DNA of 64,000 bases from Syntrophorhabdaceae bacterium (GTDB lineage: Bacteria > Desulfobacterota > Syntrophorhabdia > Syntrophorhabdales > Syntrophorhabdaceae). Below the pieces are notes generated by a model. It saw only the letters and a program-made list of their open reading frames with translations, had not been told where the DNA came from and searched no databases. The translations under genes and the position numbers were made by a program. Every line of letters starts with the position of its first letter. The stretch's first letter is position 1. This document shows, one piece after another, positions 22,201 to 32,075 of this stretch. The DNA is taken from assembly GCA_963666485.2 (NCBI GenBank), contig CAXXUO010000009.1, forward strand, positions 384,001 to 448,000, written 5' to 3'.

Positions 22201-23932
22201 CATATTTCGTTATGTTCCCGTTGGGGTCCTTCACCTGCAGAGGGTTCCCGTAGACATCGAATTGGGTAGCCTCGATCGCGGCTTTCGTAGTCCCGGTGAC
22301 AGAGATCAGGACCTTGCTTACCCTGCCTTTGTCGTTATACTGGAACTCGCTCTTTCGCTGCAGCTTCTTTGCGTTCCCTACCATTTCGGAGACGGAAAAG
22401 CTCGTCGGCTGGAGCCAGTAGAATTTCGGGTTTTTCTCGATAATGCCGAGGCGGTCTTCCCACGTGTAGTCCAGAATGATCCTGTTGCGCCCCGGGCCGC
22501 TCATGAGGACCTGCTTCAGGTACTGGTACGTATCGTTATGATGGAACTCCGTCACACTTGCGCCCCCCGATATAACCCCGCTAACCGGGCTGTAATACTG
22601 CGTTGTCTTTTTGTCGAGGCGCACAGTGCCGTCGGCCTCACCCCAGGAGTACGTGACCTTCTGGCGGATGGGGCCGCTCTGCTCGTACCATTCCGGGAGT
22701 CCTGCCCCGGCACCGTCGCCCGTCGTGAATTGCGTCGTCACCGTTGTCAGGTCGGGGCGTGTGACGGTGACCTGTTTGAAGATCAGGCTGCCGTAGCTGT
22801 TCAGGGTGCCTCCCGTGTACGCGTAGCCTGTCCGCATTGCGCTGCCCTGTCCGTTGTCGGCCGTCACCTTCGACAGCACGGCGACTTTCTTTCCTGTGGC
22901 GTATGTGTAGGAGTTGTAGTCGTAAGTGGTCAGGCCTCCCTCGCCGTTGTCGATGGTGTGCACGTAGTCGCAGTACGGTGAAATTTCACCGGAGTAGGTC
23001 CAGTCGATCTCGATGGCCGGACGGGATCTGCCAAACGAGGAACGGGTAACCGTTCTCAGGCGGTTGTATCGGGTGTCGGCGCTGCACTCATAGACGAGAT
23101 CGTATCGGGCGATCTCTTTATCGAGGTGATTTGTCTGGATGGATTCCAGGTTCTTCGTCGCGCTGCCGAGGTTGAAGTTTACCGAGTACACGGTGCTGTC
23201 CTTCGTCCCGTAGGCAGCTTTTTCCGGATAGTACACGTACCCATTCCAGTCGTAGTACTTGTTATACGTAATCGAAAGGTAATTGTCGCTGCGGTCCCTC
23301 GTTGAGAGAAGGCCCCACTTTTCCGTGAACGCATCGTCATCGCCGCCCTTGTGGTAGGCGTTGGTCTTCTGGCTGCTGTCGCTTGTGTCGCTCACCCATT
23401 GCCCGAAGGTGTGCTTGAGGCCGTTCAGCGTCCCGTACCAGGTGCTGTAAAGCTTCTCCCCGGCATCCCCTTCCCGGCAGAACTTCCCTGCGGGGCGGTT
23501 GTGCCTGAGTACATAATACTCGTACTTCCACTGCCCGCTGCGGCCGTATTCGGTACTGACCCTGACCAGTTCCTGGATGTTATCGCCCGCCACGTAATAA
23601 TACCTCTCGTATCCGGGTTTACCCCTCTTCTGGATGGAGCCGAGTTCCAGGTCCCACCCCCTGCCCAGCCAGCCGGCGGCCCCGGCACTCGAATAGGTCA
23701 GGTCGAGAGAAGGCGTCAGGCCCTTGCGGAACTGCGGGACCTCTATGGGGATCGTCGCGTTCGCGGTACCGCCCGTCACAGGGCCTGTTATCTTTGCGAC
23801 AGGGCAGATGTTGGCAGCCTCAATGTCAGGCGCCAGCGCCAACAACGTGAGGGCGGCCTGCAAAAGGACGCACATCGACCAAAGCATAATTGGAGAGAGG
23901 AACGGGAAGCGCCGGTCTGCTGCGGTACTCAT
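19295..23932 (-). CDS. Rhs/YD-repeat protein with signal peptide, SpvB/TcdB-like N-terminus and variable C-terminal domain
   Basis: TGG.A...IPIEVP..RKGLTPSLDLTYSS..GWLGRGWDL; YD repeats; Rhs core YTGQEYDREELLYNYRSRLFDPEIGRFLTPD...NPYSYVGNNPIRYTDPTG. Confidence 0.93.
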   Translation of the reverse strand: MSTAADRRFPFLSPIMLWSMCVLLQAALTLLALAPDIEAANICPVAKITGPVTGGTANATIPIEVPQFRKGLTPSLDLTYSSAGAAGWLGRGWDLELGSIQKRGKPGYERYYYVAGDNIQELVRVSTEYGRSGQWKYEYYVLRHNRPAGKFCREGDAGEKLYSTWYGTLNGLKHTFGQWVSDTSDSSQKTNAYHKGGDDDAFTEKWGLLSTRDRSDNYLSITYNKYYDWNGYVYYPEKAAYGTKDSTVYSVNFNLGSATKNLESIQTNHLDKEIARYDLVYECSADTRYNRLRTVTRSSFGRSRPAIEIDWTYSGEISPYCDYVHTIDNGEGGLTTYDYNSYTYATGKKVAVLSKVTADNGQGSAMRTGYAYTGGTLNSYGSLIFKQVTVTRPDLTTVTTQFTTGDGAGAGLPEWYEQSGPIRQKVTYSWGEADGTVRLDKKTTQYYSPVSGVISGGASVTEFHHNDTYQYLKQVLMSGPGRNRIILDYTWEDRLGIIEKNPKFYWLQPTSFSVSEMVGNAKKLQRKSEFQYNDKGRVSKVLISVTGTTKAAIEATQFDVYGNPLQVKDPNGNITKYEYDDSLRLYPKKITTPNGLTAARAYDYDRFGRIKTRRDVNGNETFYTYDEFGRLSYTDYPDGGADHFVYTDYTGAATPRSVLKEIKAGGIWEFVSKDYFDGFGKVVGSARPIGTGSFSITNMHYDYAGRLNYSIGPYPANTPAFIANPYLSGYCDLGIKGCLRQWTTYDDKGRLAATRKSINQKYPWLIETADTKYEYPDLRTVKITDPDGNVTHEFLDDIGRIIKKTDGNGSPTYYTYNAAGDPTSITGPPGEKSKATFTYDLRGMRTSMKGPAGDNWTYPLYDNNGNLIQETGPSGETVNYAYDAMNRITRIEYVKAGGQTRTIDHTWDNPNVANGKGRVYTSWHSDGIGYTCNYDAMGRVTREDKTMSLSPFSFPMNYSTSYAYDTAGRLDSTTHPDGAVVYYDYVPGTQLISAVTLPRGQTAGFTYTAGKRMESITYANSTRTDYSYYPESSRLKSMSTTTSGGTPLQGWDYTYYNSGDVKTKKDLVNGKTLTYSYDSVHRLLNESSSADNDSYTYTYDIGGNITGREEKYQSYSYRYSAERPYLLTNVSSGTNSYAVTSDTSGNITGQPWFNLSPRRLASYTGGGMIDKIDYAGIEAATVKFAYEPGSDRGARFKYNFKSAALKGWNHYVSPDYMVDQFSKVTYFSAGDRKFARTDKNGNVAWFHHDHLGSTTLVTDSAGAKLESTEYAPFGAFRRGKSALTATDYMYTGQEYDREELLYNYRSRLFDPEIGRFLTPDAVIPGLHNPQALNPYSYVGNNPIRYTDPTGHVWEHEIDEAQLHLRHIFTLFTGGHVEPGSQYEGNLRLIWAQAYQNLFVLRMGRWAARLAGGYNLQAFVHLVNGNFLQYLLWDFQATLVTLQFNAMGLPAYVPLNMVVNNLETAQQIAERIDHAEALFLHNTINTTGAANLGTFMGLIFANPVGADGQTLRNRLRFTMPERLLAPIVNHGGNGNFGSDNFHPPDL

Positions 23933-24069
23933 GGATAAGCTCCTTTAATGAACCTTCATCGTCACCAATGTCAGGCAATCGTGGAGAGCAAGATGCTGAA
24001 CGCATAATCAGGGCTGCAAGATATGACGTATCTATCACACCTGACCGGTATTTTTAGTATCTATTTTAT

Positions 24070-24084
24070 TAATGTATTACATTA
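24070..24084. promoter_or_regulatory. Palindrome in the AT-rich divergent rhs/gspE intergenic region
   Basis: TAATGTA-T-TACATTA perfect 7-1-7 inverted repeat. Confidence 0.4.
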
Positions 24085-24153
24085 GTAATTTTCTAATATA
24101 TTGCAGAGGCGTTCAATGCGGTAAAGTAAGGCACTTCGATAATATGAGGACGC

Positions 24154-25626
24154 ATGGAGCCACCTAATTTCCCGTTACTTCAGCCTGAAGAGTTTCCCCG
24201 GGTCCCTTTCGTGTTCGACGGGATATCCAGCCGTTTCATAAAGGAAAATAGAGTGATTCCCCTCGATGTGAGGGAAAACAAGCTATGGGTGGCCATGGCC
24301 AACCCTGAAGACACGCAGGTCATAGATGCCCTGCGTGTGGTCTCGGGAGGGGACGTCGTGGTGTACTTAGGCGAGGGCCGCGCTATCGACGAGTACATCG
24401 CGAAATTCTACGGCCAGGACGCACAGAATATCAACCGCATCATGGAGGACATGAACGGCAGCGGCCTCGAGGCCATTCGCGACGAGGACGACGAAGACGC
24501 CGGGCACCTCAAGGACCTGGCATCTGAGGCTCCCATTATCAAGCTCGTCAATCTTCTTATTACAAGGGCGGTCGAGGCGAGGGCCAGCGACATCCATATC
24601 GAGCCGTTCGAGGACGAAGTGAAGGTGAGGTACAGGATCGACGGCGTGCTCCACGATGTGGAGTCGGCGCCGAAGCGGCTCGAGAAGGCCATGATATCCC
24701 GGCTCAAGATCATGGCGAAGCTCAATATTGCCGAGCGGCGCCTGCCGCAGGACGGGCGCATCCGGCTCAAGGCTACCGGCCGGGAAATAGACCTGCGCGT
24801 CTCCACCATCCCGATCCTCCACGGGGAAAGCGTCGTCATGCGGATCCTCGACACGGGGACGGCCGTGATCGACCTGCCCTCGCTCGGGTTCTTTCCCGAA
24901 ACCCTGCATTCTTTCAACGAGATCATAAAGAAGCCCAACGGCATCCTCCTCGTTACGGGGCCCACCGGCAGCGGCAAAACGACCACGCTCTATGGGGCCC
25001 TCGACAGGATCAATGCGCCCGACAAGAAGATCATCACCGTAGAGGACCCCATAGAATACCAGATCAAGGGGGTCAACCAGATACAGGTAAAGCCGCAGAT
25101 CGGGTTGGACTTCGCCGGCACGCTGCGTCATATCGTACGGCAGGACCCCGATGTGATCATGGTCGGCGAGATCCGCGACCTCGAAACCGCCGGGATAGCC
25201 ATCCGGTCTTCGCTGACGGGACATCTCGTCTTCTCCACCCTTCACACGAACGACGCGGCAAGCGCGATCGCGAGGCTCCTCGACATGGGCGTGGAAGCCT
25301 TCCTCCTTGCATCGACCATCCGCGGCATTCTCGCACAGCGGCTCGTGCGCGTCGTATGCACCGGGTGCAGGCAGCCCGGGCCGGACGGGAGCGTGCGGGG
25401 GACAGGGTGCGGCATGTGCGCCTACACGGGATATCACGGCCGCCTGGGTATATTCGAGCTCCTCGTCATCGATGATGCTATACGCAAACTGATACTCGCG
25501 AGGGCCGATGCGGCGCAGATACGGGATGCGGCGCGGGCGGGCGGGATGGCCACATTGCTCGACGACGGCACACGAAAGGCGGGTGCAGGCGTCACCACCC
25601 TTGCCGAAGTACTTCGGGTGATTTAA
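24154..25626 (+). CDS. gspE: Type II secretion ATPase
   Basis: ASDIHIEP, ERRLPQDGR, GPTGSGKTTT, RQDPDVIMVGEIRD, tetracysteine CTGC..CGMC. Confidence 0.93.
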   Translation: MEPPNFPLLQPEEFPRVPFVFDGISSRFIKENRVIPLDVRENKLWVAMANPEDTQVIDALRVVSGGDVVVYLGEGRAIDEYIAKFYGQDAQNINRIMEDMNGSGLEAIRDEDDEDAGHLKDLASEAPIIKLVNLLITRAVEARASDIHIEPFEDEVKVRYRIDGVLHDVESAPKRLEKAMISRLKIMAKLNIAERRLPQDGRIRLKATGREIDLRVSTIPILHGESVVMRILDTGTAVIDLPSLGFFPETLHSFNEIIKKPNGILLVTGPTGSGKTTTLYGALDRINAPDKKIITVEDPIEYQIKGVNQIQVKPQIGLDFAGTLRHIVRQDPDVIMVGEIRDLETAGIAIRSSLTGHLVFSTLHTNDAASAIARLLDMGVEAFLLASTIRGILAQRLVRVVCTGCRQPGPDGSVRGTGCGMCAYTGYHGRLGIFELLVIDDAIRKLILARADAAQIRDAARAGGMATLLDDGTRKAGAGVTTLAEVLRVI

Positions 25627-25639
25627 AAGGCGGCGGGGT

Positions 25640-26833
25640 GTGACGGTTTTCTCATACAGGGCAACAACAAGGGAAGGTCAGGTGGTAGAAGGGGTGATCG
25701 AAGCGCCGGCCGAAGAGATTGCCATAGACCGGCTGAGAAATGCCGGCGTTATCCCCCTGCGCCTCGCTGCGCCGCGGCAATCCGTTATCAAAAAATTAAG
25801 CCCCAGGTCGCGGAACCGGGACCTCCTAAACTTTACCGCGGAGCTCTCGGAGCTGGTCAATGCCGGGTTGCCCCTCGACAAAAGCCTCACTATCCTCGGT
25901 GAAATATCGGGGGGCACAGAGATCAAACGCCTGATACACGCCATTCTCACGTCCGTCCGTGAGGGCAGCTCTTTCTCCGACGCACTGAAGAAACACCCGC
26001 AGATATTCCCCGTGCTGTACGTGAACATGGTGAGGGCGGGCGAAACGGGAGGCGTCCTCGGCGCGGTGCTCGAAAAACTGAACGAGTTCCTCGAAACCAC
26101 GAACGAACTCAAAAACCACGTGGTGTCGGCAATGATCTATCCGACGATCCTCGGCGTGACCGGCGGCGTTTCGATCATCGTGCTCCTCACTTTTGTGCTT
26201 CCTCGTTTCTCGGTTATCTTTTCCGAGTTCGGTGGTTCACTCCCCTTCACGACCCGGATGCTCCTTGTTCTCAGCAACGGCCTTCGCTCATGGTGGTGGG
26301 TGGGGGCGGCGCTCACAGCCGGGGCGATCGTTCTGTGCGCGTCGTGGATAAGAACGGAAACGGGAAAGACGCACTGGGACCTCCTCACACTGAAAATAAT
26401 GGAGGACGTGGTACGCAAGCTCGAAACGGCCCGGTTCTGCAGGATCTTCGGGACACTGCTGCAAAGCGGCATCTCCGTGCTGCAGGCCCTGAACAACGCC
26501 CGCGGGATAATCGGGAACAGGATCATCGCAGCGGGGATAGAATCGGTGGCACAGGGAGCAAGAGAAGGGCGCGGCATAGCGATACCTCTGGCCGAAGCAC
26601 ATGTCTTCCCGGCGCTCGCGCTCTCCATGATCAAGGTCGGGGAAGAGACGGGGCGGCTCGACAGCATGCTGCTCAAGGTGGCGGGCACGTACGAAAAAGG
26701 TCTGAAAGAGTCCGTCAAAAGGTTCATGGGGCTCATCGAGCCCGCCATGATCCTCGGCATGGGACTCGTGATCGGCTTCATCATCATCTCCATGCTCCTC
26801 GCCATATTCAGCACAATGGACCTGCCGTTTTGA
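25640..26833 (+). CDS. gspF: Type II secretion inner-membrane platform protein
   Basis: YVNMVRAGETGG.L, GEETGRLDSML, IEPAMI. Confidence 0.93.
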   Translation: MTVFSYRATTREGQVVEGVIEAPAEEIAIDRLRNAGVIPLRLAAPRQSVIKKLSPRSRNRDLLNFTAELSELVNAGLPLDKSLTILGEISGGTEIKRLIHAILTSVREGSSFSDALKKHPQIFPVLYVNMVRAGETGGVLGAVLEKLNEFLETTNELKNHVVSAMIYPTILGVTGGVSIIVLLTFVLPRFSVIFSEFGGSLPFTTRMLLVLSNGLRSWWWVGAALTAGAIVLCASWIRTETGKTHWDLLTLKIMEDVVRKLETARFCRIFGTLLQSGISVLQALNNARGIIGNRIIAAGIESVAQGAREGRGIAIPLAEAHVFPALALSMIKVGEETGRLDSMLLKVAGTYEKGLKESVKRFMGLIEPAMILGMGLVIGFIIISMLLAIFSTMDLPF

Positions 26834-27279
26834 AACAAAGGGAGGCGGCATTCACATTGCTCGAACTTATCATCGTCCTTACCCTGATAGGGATCATCTG
26901 CGGTTTTTCGACGCTTTTCTTCGCGCGCGGACTCCCGTCCGCGCGGCTCGATGCCACGGCCCGGGACGTCTCCTCGGTGATAAGGCACGCACGGGCACTG
27001 ACCTTACTTCAGCGTGAAAACCAGACGGTGATCATCGACGGGGAAAACAGGCTGTACGGTATAAAAGGGCACCGGTTGAAGCCGGTATGCGAAGGCATCA
27101 TTATCGGGACCATAGACCCGCAAACCGGGGAGGTCTCCAAAGACGCACGCACGTTCCATTTCTCTGCGTCAGGAGGCCATGAGGCCGGCAGTGTGATCGT
27201 GAGGAACAAAGACAAGGCCCTGCGGATCGACACCGACCCGGTTGCAGGATCGGTAACGGCAAAGGCGGTAGTGCAATGA
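26830..27279 (+). CDS. gspH: Minor pseudopilin
   Basis: TTG start overlapping the gspF stop; AFTLLELIIVL prepilin motif. Confidence 0.75.
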   Translation: MKQREAAFTLLELIIVLTLIGIICGFSTLFFARGLPSARLDATARDVSSVIRHARALTLLQRENQTVIIDGENRLYGIKGHRLKPVCEGIIIGTIDPQTGEVSKDARTFHFSASGGHEAGSVIVRNKDKALRIDTDPVAGSVTAKAVVQ

Positions 27280-27713
27280 AAAGACGAACGGCAGCAATAT
27301 CGGGCACGGGGGGTTTCACACTTCTGGAGATTCTCGTTGCCATTGCGCTCCTCGCCATTGCCCTTACACTGATCTTTCAGCTTTTCTCCGGCAGCCTGAA
27401 TACCATCCGTACATCCGAGGACTACCTGAAGGCGGCATGGGAAGGCGAGGTCAGTTTGAGACGGGTACTCAATGACGACAACCTGCAGACCGGCACATTC
27501 ACAGAAGTGACGGCGAACGGTTACAGGATAGAGGCAACGATCTCGGAAGCGCTCAAGGAAAAGACCGATAGTCTTCCCTGCAGGGTCATGGAGATAGACC
27601 TTGCGGTGAAGTGGAGCAAAGGGACAAAAGAAAAAGTGACGCACCTCAGGACGGTAAAGCTCATCGATAAACTCCCTCAGGGAGGCGCTATTGGCGATAC
27701 AGACGACAGGTGA
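27276..27713 (+). CDS. gspI: Minor pseudopilin
   Basis: GFTLLEILVAIA; operon position. Confidence 0.8.
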   Translation: MKRRTAAISGTGGFTLLEILVAIALLAIALTLIFQLFSGSLNTIRTSEDYLKAAWEGEVSLRRVLNDDNLQTGTFTEVTANGYRIEATISEALKEKTDSLPCRVMEIDLAVKWSKGTKEKVTHLRTVKLIDKLPQGGAIGDTDDR

Positions 27714-28332
27714 CAGGGGGTTCACGCTTCTCGAGCTCATGGTTTCCGTGGTACTGCTTGCGGTGATCGTTACCGTTATATCGGGAGCTCTACGGCTTGC
27801 CCATCGTTCCGCCGACTCCGGCGCAACCAAGATAGAGGGCCTCGAGAGGCTCAGAATGTCCCTCGCCATTATCGACTCGCAGATCCAGTCGGGATTTCCC
27901 CTCACACACGAGGACCAGGGGGAGAAGGTCCTTTATTTCGAGGGAGAGCGTGACACGCTCACGTTCGCGAGCACCTATTCGATATGGGACGGGGAAAAAG
28001 GATTTGTGCAGGTAACGTACAGGGCTGTGCAGAATGAAAAGGGCAAACAGGTCCTCTATGCGAGCGAAAATACGATCGGCATGGAAAAAGAAAGAGAGAC
28101 AAAGCTCCTCGAGGGCTTCGACGAGATCTCTTTCGGATACTTCTTGCGGGACCCGGTGACCCGGGAGGCGACGTGGACGGACCTGTGGACGGATGATAAA
28201 GCCCTGCCGCAGCGGATAGCCGTGAATCTCTCGAGGGGCGGTACGAAACATTCGCTCATCATACCGATGAGAACGGGCGGGAGCGGTCGAACGACGCAGA
28301 TACCGCACAACTTCATGCAGGGGCCCGCATGA
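27691..28332 (+). CDS. gspJ: Minor pseudopilin
   Basis: GFTLLELMVSV; C-terminal W.D.W....LP..I.V. Confidence 0.8.
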   Translation: MAIQTTGDRGFTLLELMVSVVLLAVIVTVISGALRLAHRSADSGATKIEGLERLRMSLAIIDSQIQSGFPLTHEDQGEKVLYFEGERDTLTFASTYSIWDGEKGFVQVTYRAVQNEKGKQVLYASENTIGMEKERETKLLEGFDEISFGYFLRDPVTREATWTDLWTDDKALPQRIAVNLSRGGTKHSLIIPMRTGGSGRTTQIPHNFMQGPA

Positions 28333-29309
28333 CGAACCGACGAGACGTGCTTGAGCAAGAACACGGTTTTGCCCTCATGGCCGTTGTTTGGATCATTACC
28401 CTGCTTTCTGTCGTTGTGCTTTCCTTTGCCGCCATGGCAAAAATAGACACGTATGCGACAATGGGCTTCAAGGAGTCGATGGAGGAGAGATACCTTGCCG
28501 AGGCAGGCATGCAGAAGGCCATTGTCGAGCTCATGCACGCAAGGATATTCAAGACGCAAAACCCGGCCGACACCGCGGCGACGATAAGGACGGACCGGAC
28601 CGCCTACACCGGCAATCTGGGACCGGGAAGCTACACGTTCCGGGTCACCGACGAATCGGGAAAGATCGATATCAATGCGCTCACGGACAAAACCGGCATT
28701 GTGCTCAACAACCTTCTGCTCAATTTCGGCAGCAGCGAGGAAGAAGCAAATACGATCGTCGATTCGATCCTTGACTGGAAAGATACGGACGACGCCCACA
28801 GGCTGTACGGTGCCGAAAACAGCTACTATATGTCCCTTCCCATTCCTTACAGGGCAAAGAACGCCGACTTCGATACACTGGAGGAACTCATCCTGGTAAA
28901 GGGAATGACCCGGGACGTTCTGTACGGTAACGAAAAGCGCAAGGGCATCATTCATTTCGTTACGGCCCATTCGGGTGCGGCCACCATCAATATGAACGCT
29001 GCGCCCAAAGATGTACTCATGGCGATCCCCCACATGACTGAAGGATTGGCGGAAAGAATCCTTGCACTGCACGAGACCAATGCGCCGATAAGCCGGCAGG
29101 ACATGGCAGGCCTGATCGGCTTGCGTTACGGCGAGATGCTGAATTATGCGAGCTTTGGGGGCGGCACCAATACTTTTACCATCGAATCGGTGGGGCACAC
29201 GGCGGGTAAAAAAACAGGCTTCGGGATAAAAGCGGTCATCACACTAGATACAAGCGGCGGTTTCAGGTACCTGTACTACAAGTGCCCGGGCACAGGCAGC
29301 CTGCAGTGA
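28329..29309 (+). CDS. gspK: Minor pseudopilin
   Basis: GFALMAVVW (no Glu5), DESGKIDIN, ILDWKD.D, EELILVKGM, INMNAAP. Confidence 0.9.
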   Translation: MTNRRDVLEQEHGFALMAVVWIITLLSVVVLSFAAMAKIDTYATMGFKESMEERYLAEAGMQKAIVELMHARIFKTQNPADTAATIRTDRTAYTGNLGPGSYTFRVTDESGKIDINALTDKTGIVLNNLLLNFGSSEEEANTIVDSILDWKDTDDAHRLYGAENSYYMSLPIPYRAKNADFDTLEELILVKGMTRDVLYGNEKRKGIIHFVTAHSGAATINMNAAPKDVLMAIPHMTEGLAERILALHETNAPISRQDMAGLIGLRYGEMLNYASFGGGTNTFTIESVGHTAGKKTGFGIKAVITLDTSGGFRYLYYKCPGTGSLQ

Positions 29310-30565
29310 AATTGACCGTCGACATGGCAAGCGTGCGGCGGGCTCTTTTGGCCTCATTCACTACGTGCACGCGTTTCGGAGTGCTCCTCGGCAGCGCTCT
29401 CACCGGCAACTATCTTGAAGGTTTACTGTACCCGAAACGATGCACGTGCGTTTCCGTAGAAAAAAACGGCTTCTGCGTTGTCCGCACTTCACGGTTTCTT
29501 GCAAGAATACGGGTCAAGGTACTCCACGAGTACACGACGGAGAATGACGGACTGCTTGCCGCAGATGCCTTTGCCTCCATGCTCTCGCTGGCACTGGGTG
29601 CGTCGAAACCCCGGATAAGATCGAAGGTCACCCTGGTCATGCCAAAGGATCGGGTCATTGTGAGGACCGCGGAAATGCCCCTTGCGGTTAAGGAGAACCT
29701 GACGAATGTGGTGGCGTATGAACTGGACCGGATCACACCTCTTGCGGCCGATGAAGCATATTACGACTTCCGCATAGTCCGCGAAGACGACCGGAACGTG
29801 CAGCTTTGCGTCCTGGCCTGTCCTGCCGAGCGCCTGGGTTCATATCTTGCAGCGCTCAAAACACATCACATCACTGTCGAGAGGGTGACAACCGAGTTTT
29901 CGTGCCTTGAACTGCTCGATGCAGAGCACGTCAGACGTAAGTGCCGCATTGTTCACGATATGCCGCTCGCAGCGCGCAAAGCGATCGGGGGCGCCATGGA
30001 ATCGATATTGCCGAAAGTCAACAGGGCCGATCTGCTCACAAAAGGCGTGCGGCCGGCGCACAGAACGCCGGTTGCCGTGACTTTTATCCTCGCCGCCGTA
30101 TCTTTAAGCCTCCTCATCCCCTGCATCATTGCCCCCCTTCTTCATGAAAAGAAACAGGTCGAGGAGATCAGGCGGCAGATCGCCATGAGAAAGGAAAGTG
30201 TCCGCAAGGTGGAGGAGCTTAAAAAAGAGATAGACGGCATCACAAAAGACGTTTTAGTAATCGAAAACTTCAAGGAAAAGCGCCCCATGCTGCTCGCCGT
30301 CCTGAAGGAGATCACTGCCATGCTGCCGAAAAATGCCTGGCTGACCCGGGCGCGCATCACCGATACCGGTGTCGAACTGGAAGGATACGCTGCTTCTGCT
30401 TCCCCGCTGCTGTCTATACTGGAACAGTCGAAGCACCTCAGAAAGGTTGAGTTCGCTATGCCCACCACGCGCGACCAGAGGCAAAAAGCCGACAGGTTCG
30501 TATTGAAGATGGAACTGGAAGGTTTCGACGTGCCGAGGCCAAAGAATGATGAAAAGAAGAAGTAA
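29306..30565 (+). CDS. gspL: GspL/PilN-like assembly protein
   Basis: Cytoplasmic actin-like region, TM, coiled coil, PilN-like LPKNAWLT..VELEGYA; start uncertain. Confidence 0.7.
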   Translation: MKLTVDMASVRRALLASFTTCTRFGVLLGSALTGNYLEGLLYPKRCTCVSVEKNGFCVVRTSRFLARIRVKVLHEYTTENDGLLAADAFASMLSLALGASKPRIRSKVTLVMPKDRVIVRTAEMPLAVKENLTNVVAYELDRITPLAADEAYYDFRIVREDDRNVQLCVLACPAERLGSYLAALKTHHITVERVTTEFSCLELLDAEHVRRKCRIVHDMPLAARKAIGGAMESILPKVNRADLLTKGVRPAHRTPVAVTFILAAVSLSLLIPCIIAPLLHEKKQVEEIRRQIAMRKESVRKVEELKKEIDGITKDVLVIENFKEKRPMLLAVLKEITAMLPKNAWLTRARITDTGVELEGYAASASPLLSILEQSKHLRKVEFAMPTTRDQRQKADRFVLKMELEGFDVPRPKNDEKKK

Positions 30566-31103
30566 TTTTATCAGGATCATGATATCTCTGGCGGCGATCC
30601 TGGTTGGGCTCATACTGTACCAGAACGTCTATGTGAGGGTCCAGTCGGATGTGAAAATTGTGAAGGAAGAAAGCGCATTGAGAATGAAAACACTCAAAAA
30701 ACATGCAGCTCTCATAGCCCTGCGGCCCGAGCTTGAAAAAAAACTCGTGCGGCTTGGCGACCGGCGCAAGGCGGCCGACTCGAAGATCCTTACGGGCAAC
30801 AACCCTGCCCTCGCCGGTGCCGCTTTGCAGGAAACCGTGAAGTCAATAATTACGGGACGGGGAGGCGCCATATCAAGCGAAAGGGTCGAGAAGCCGGAGG
30901 ATGCGGGCAATTTCAAGATCATCACGACGAGCTTCGATTGCCTGCTTCCCGATATCAGAAGCCTCAATGATATTCTCTTCTCGATCGAGACCAGGACGCC
31001 GTACCTGGCCGTCCGGGAAGTCGACACGAGGATACGGGATTTCAGGGACCCCAGGGAGCTTATGGTTAAATTAACGGTGTCAGCTTTAATGGCGGGCAAG
31101 TAG
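30546..31103 (+). CDS. gspM: GspM-like assembly protein
   Basis: TM + coiled coil + AGAALQE...IETRTPYL; operon position. Confidence 0.7.
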   Translation: MMKRRSNFIRIMISLAAILVGLILYQNVYVRVQSDVKIVKEESALRMKTLKKHAALIALRPELEKKLVRLGDRRKAADSKILTGNNPALAGAALQETVKSIITGRGGAISSERVEKPEDAGNFKIITTSFDCLLPDIRSLNDILFSIETRTPYLAVREVDTRIRDFRDPRELMVKLTVSALMAGK

Positions 31104-31104
31104 C

Positions 31105-31755
31105 ATGAAAGCCGTGAATTACCTCCTCAAGAACATCACGCTGCTCAACATCATGCTCCTGTCAGGTGCCCTAGCCCTTACCATCACCCTTGTCGGCATG
31201 AGTTCCTACAAGGTCACGATACCGGCTATCACCGCACCGCAGCCAACCGCCGCACACGAAGAATCAGCCTCAGCGGATACAGCAGGGACTTTAACAACCC
31301 GGTCACCTTCCCCGGTTGATTTCATGGCGGTAGCAGAAAATAATCTCTTTCATCCGGATAGGCGTGTTCCTCCCGAAAAGAAGGAAACCGCTGAGCCAAA
31401 ACCAGAACTTATCTTATTCGGCACGCTTATAGACGGGAAGGACAGCCTGGCTTTTATCGAAGACAAGAGATTGCCGAAGACGTCGCCGGGCAGGGGCAAA
31501 CGGCAGGTGACGATCAAGAAAGGTGATACTGTGGGCGGCTTCGTTGTCGTCTCCATCGAGACCGACAGGATCAGGCTGGTACGGGGAGAAGAAATGCTTG
31601 AGTTTCATCTGATGGATGCGGAAAAAAGAAAGGCAGAAGGTGCGACCGGTTCAGGGAGTTACACGTCGGGCCGTCCACCCATTGGTAGTTCGAACCCTTC
31701 TTCACCGCGGCCCGCCACACGAGCAAGGCCTAAGCCACTGCCGCCGGCACCGTAA
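31105..31755 (+). CDS. GspC-like protein
   Basis: TM, NLFHPDR, LILFGT..AFIED..KGDTVGGF.V..IETDRIRL; Pro-rich tail. Confidence 0.6.
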   Translation: MKAVNYLLKNITLLNIMLLSGALALTITLVGMSSYKVTIPAITAPQPTAAHEESASADTAGTLTTRSPSPVDFMAVAENNLFHPDRRVPPEKKETAEPKPELILFGTLIDGKDSLAFIEDKRLPKTSPGRGKRQVTIKKGDTVGGFVVVSIETDRIRLVRGEEMLEFHLMDAEKRKAEGATGSGSYTSGRPPIGSSNPSSPRPATRARPKPLPPAP

Positions 31756-31758
31756 TGG

Positions 31759-32061
31759 CTAATGTCGGACGGCAGTTTTCAGACTAATGCGTACACCCAC
31801 CCTCGTTGCCAGGATTATCAACATTTCGAGACTGAATCTTTCCCATTTCCCCTCGATGAGATCGGATACTCTTGACTGAGTGACTCCCAGTATTTGGGCG
31901 GCATTCGCTTGCGTAAGCTTTTTATTTTCAATGAATTTCCTCAAGACAGACACAAGATCGGCACGCATTTCAAGAATAAGGGCCTCGTCCGGAGAATATC
32001 CGAGGTCGACGAAAACATTTCCCGACGAATTAATAATTTTTTCTCTTTTTCGATATTTCAT
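31759..32061 (-). CDS. XRE-family HTH protein (HigA-type antitoxin-like)
   Basis: SSGNVFVDLG; LTQANAAQILGVTQSRVSDL..GK.ERFSLEML. Confidence 0.85.
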   Translation of the reverse strand: MKYRKREKIINSSGNVFVDLGYSPDEALILEMRADLVSVLRKFIENKKLTQANAAQILGVTQSRVSDLIEGKWERFSLEMLIILATRVGVRISLKTAVRH

Positions 32062-32075
32062 AATTGCTATTTGAT

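Noticed and set aside
21833..22981. Long antisense ORFs (also 24367-25437, 28056-29198, 37014-38051, 48339-49454)
   Set aside because: Antisense shadows of well-supported genes in GC-rich coding DNA; no motifs
26290..26829. Long N-terminal extension of the 26290-27279 ORF
   Set aside because: Overlaps gspF out of frame; the prepilin motif places the real start at 26830
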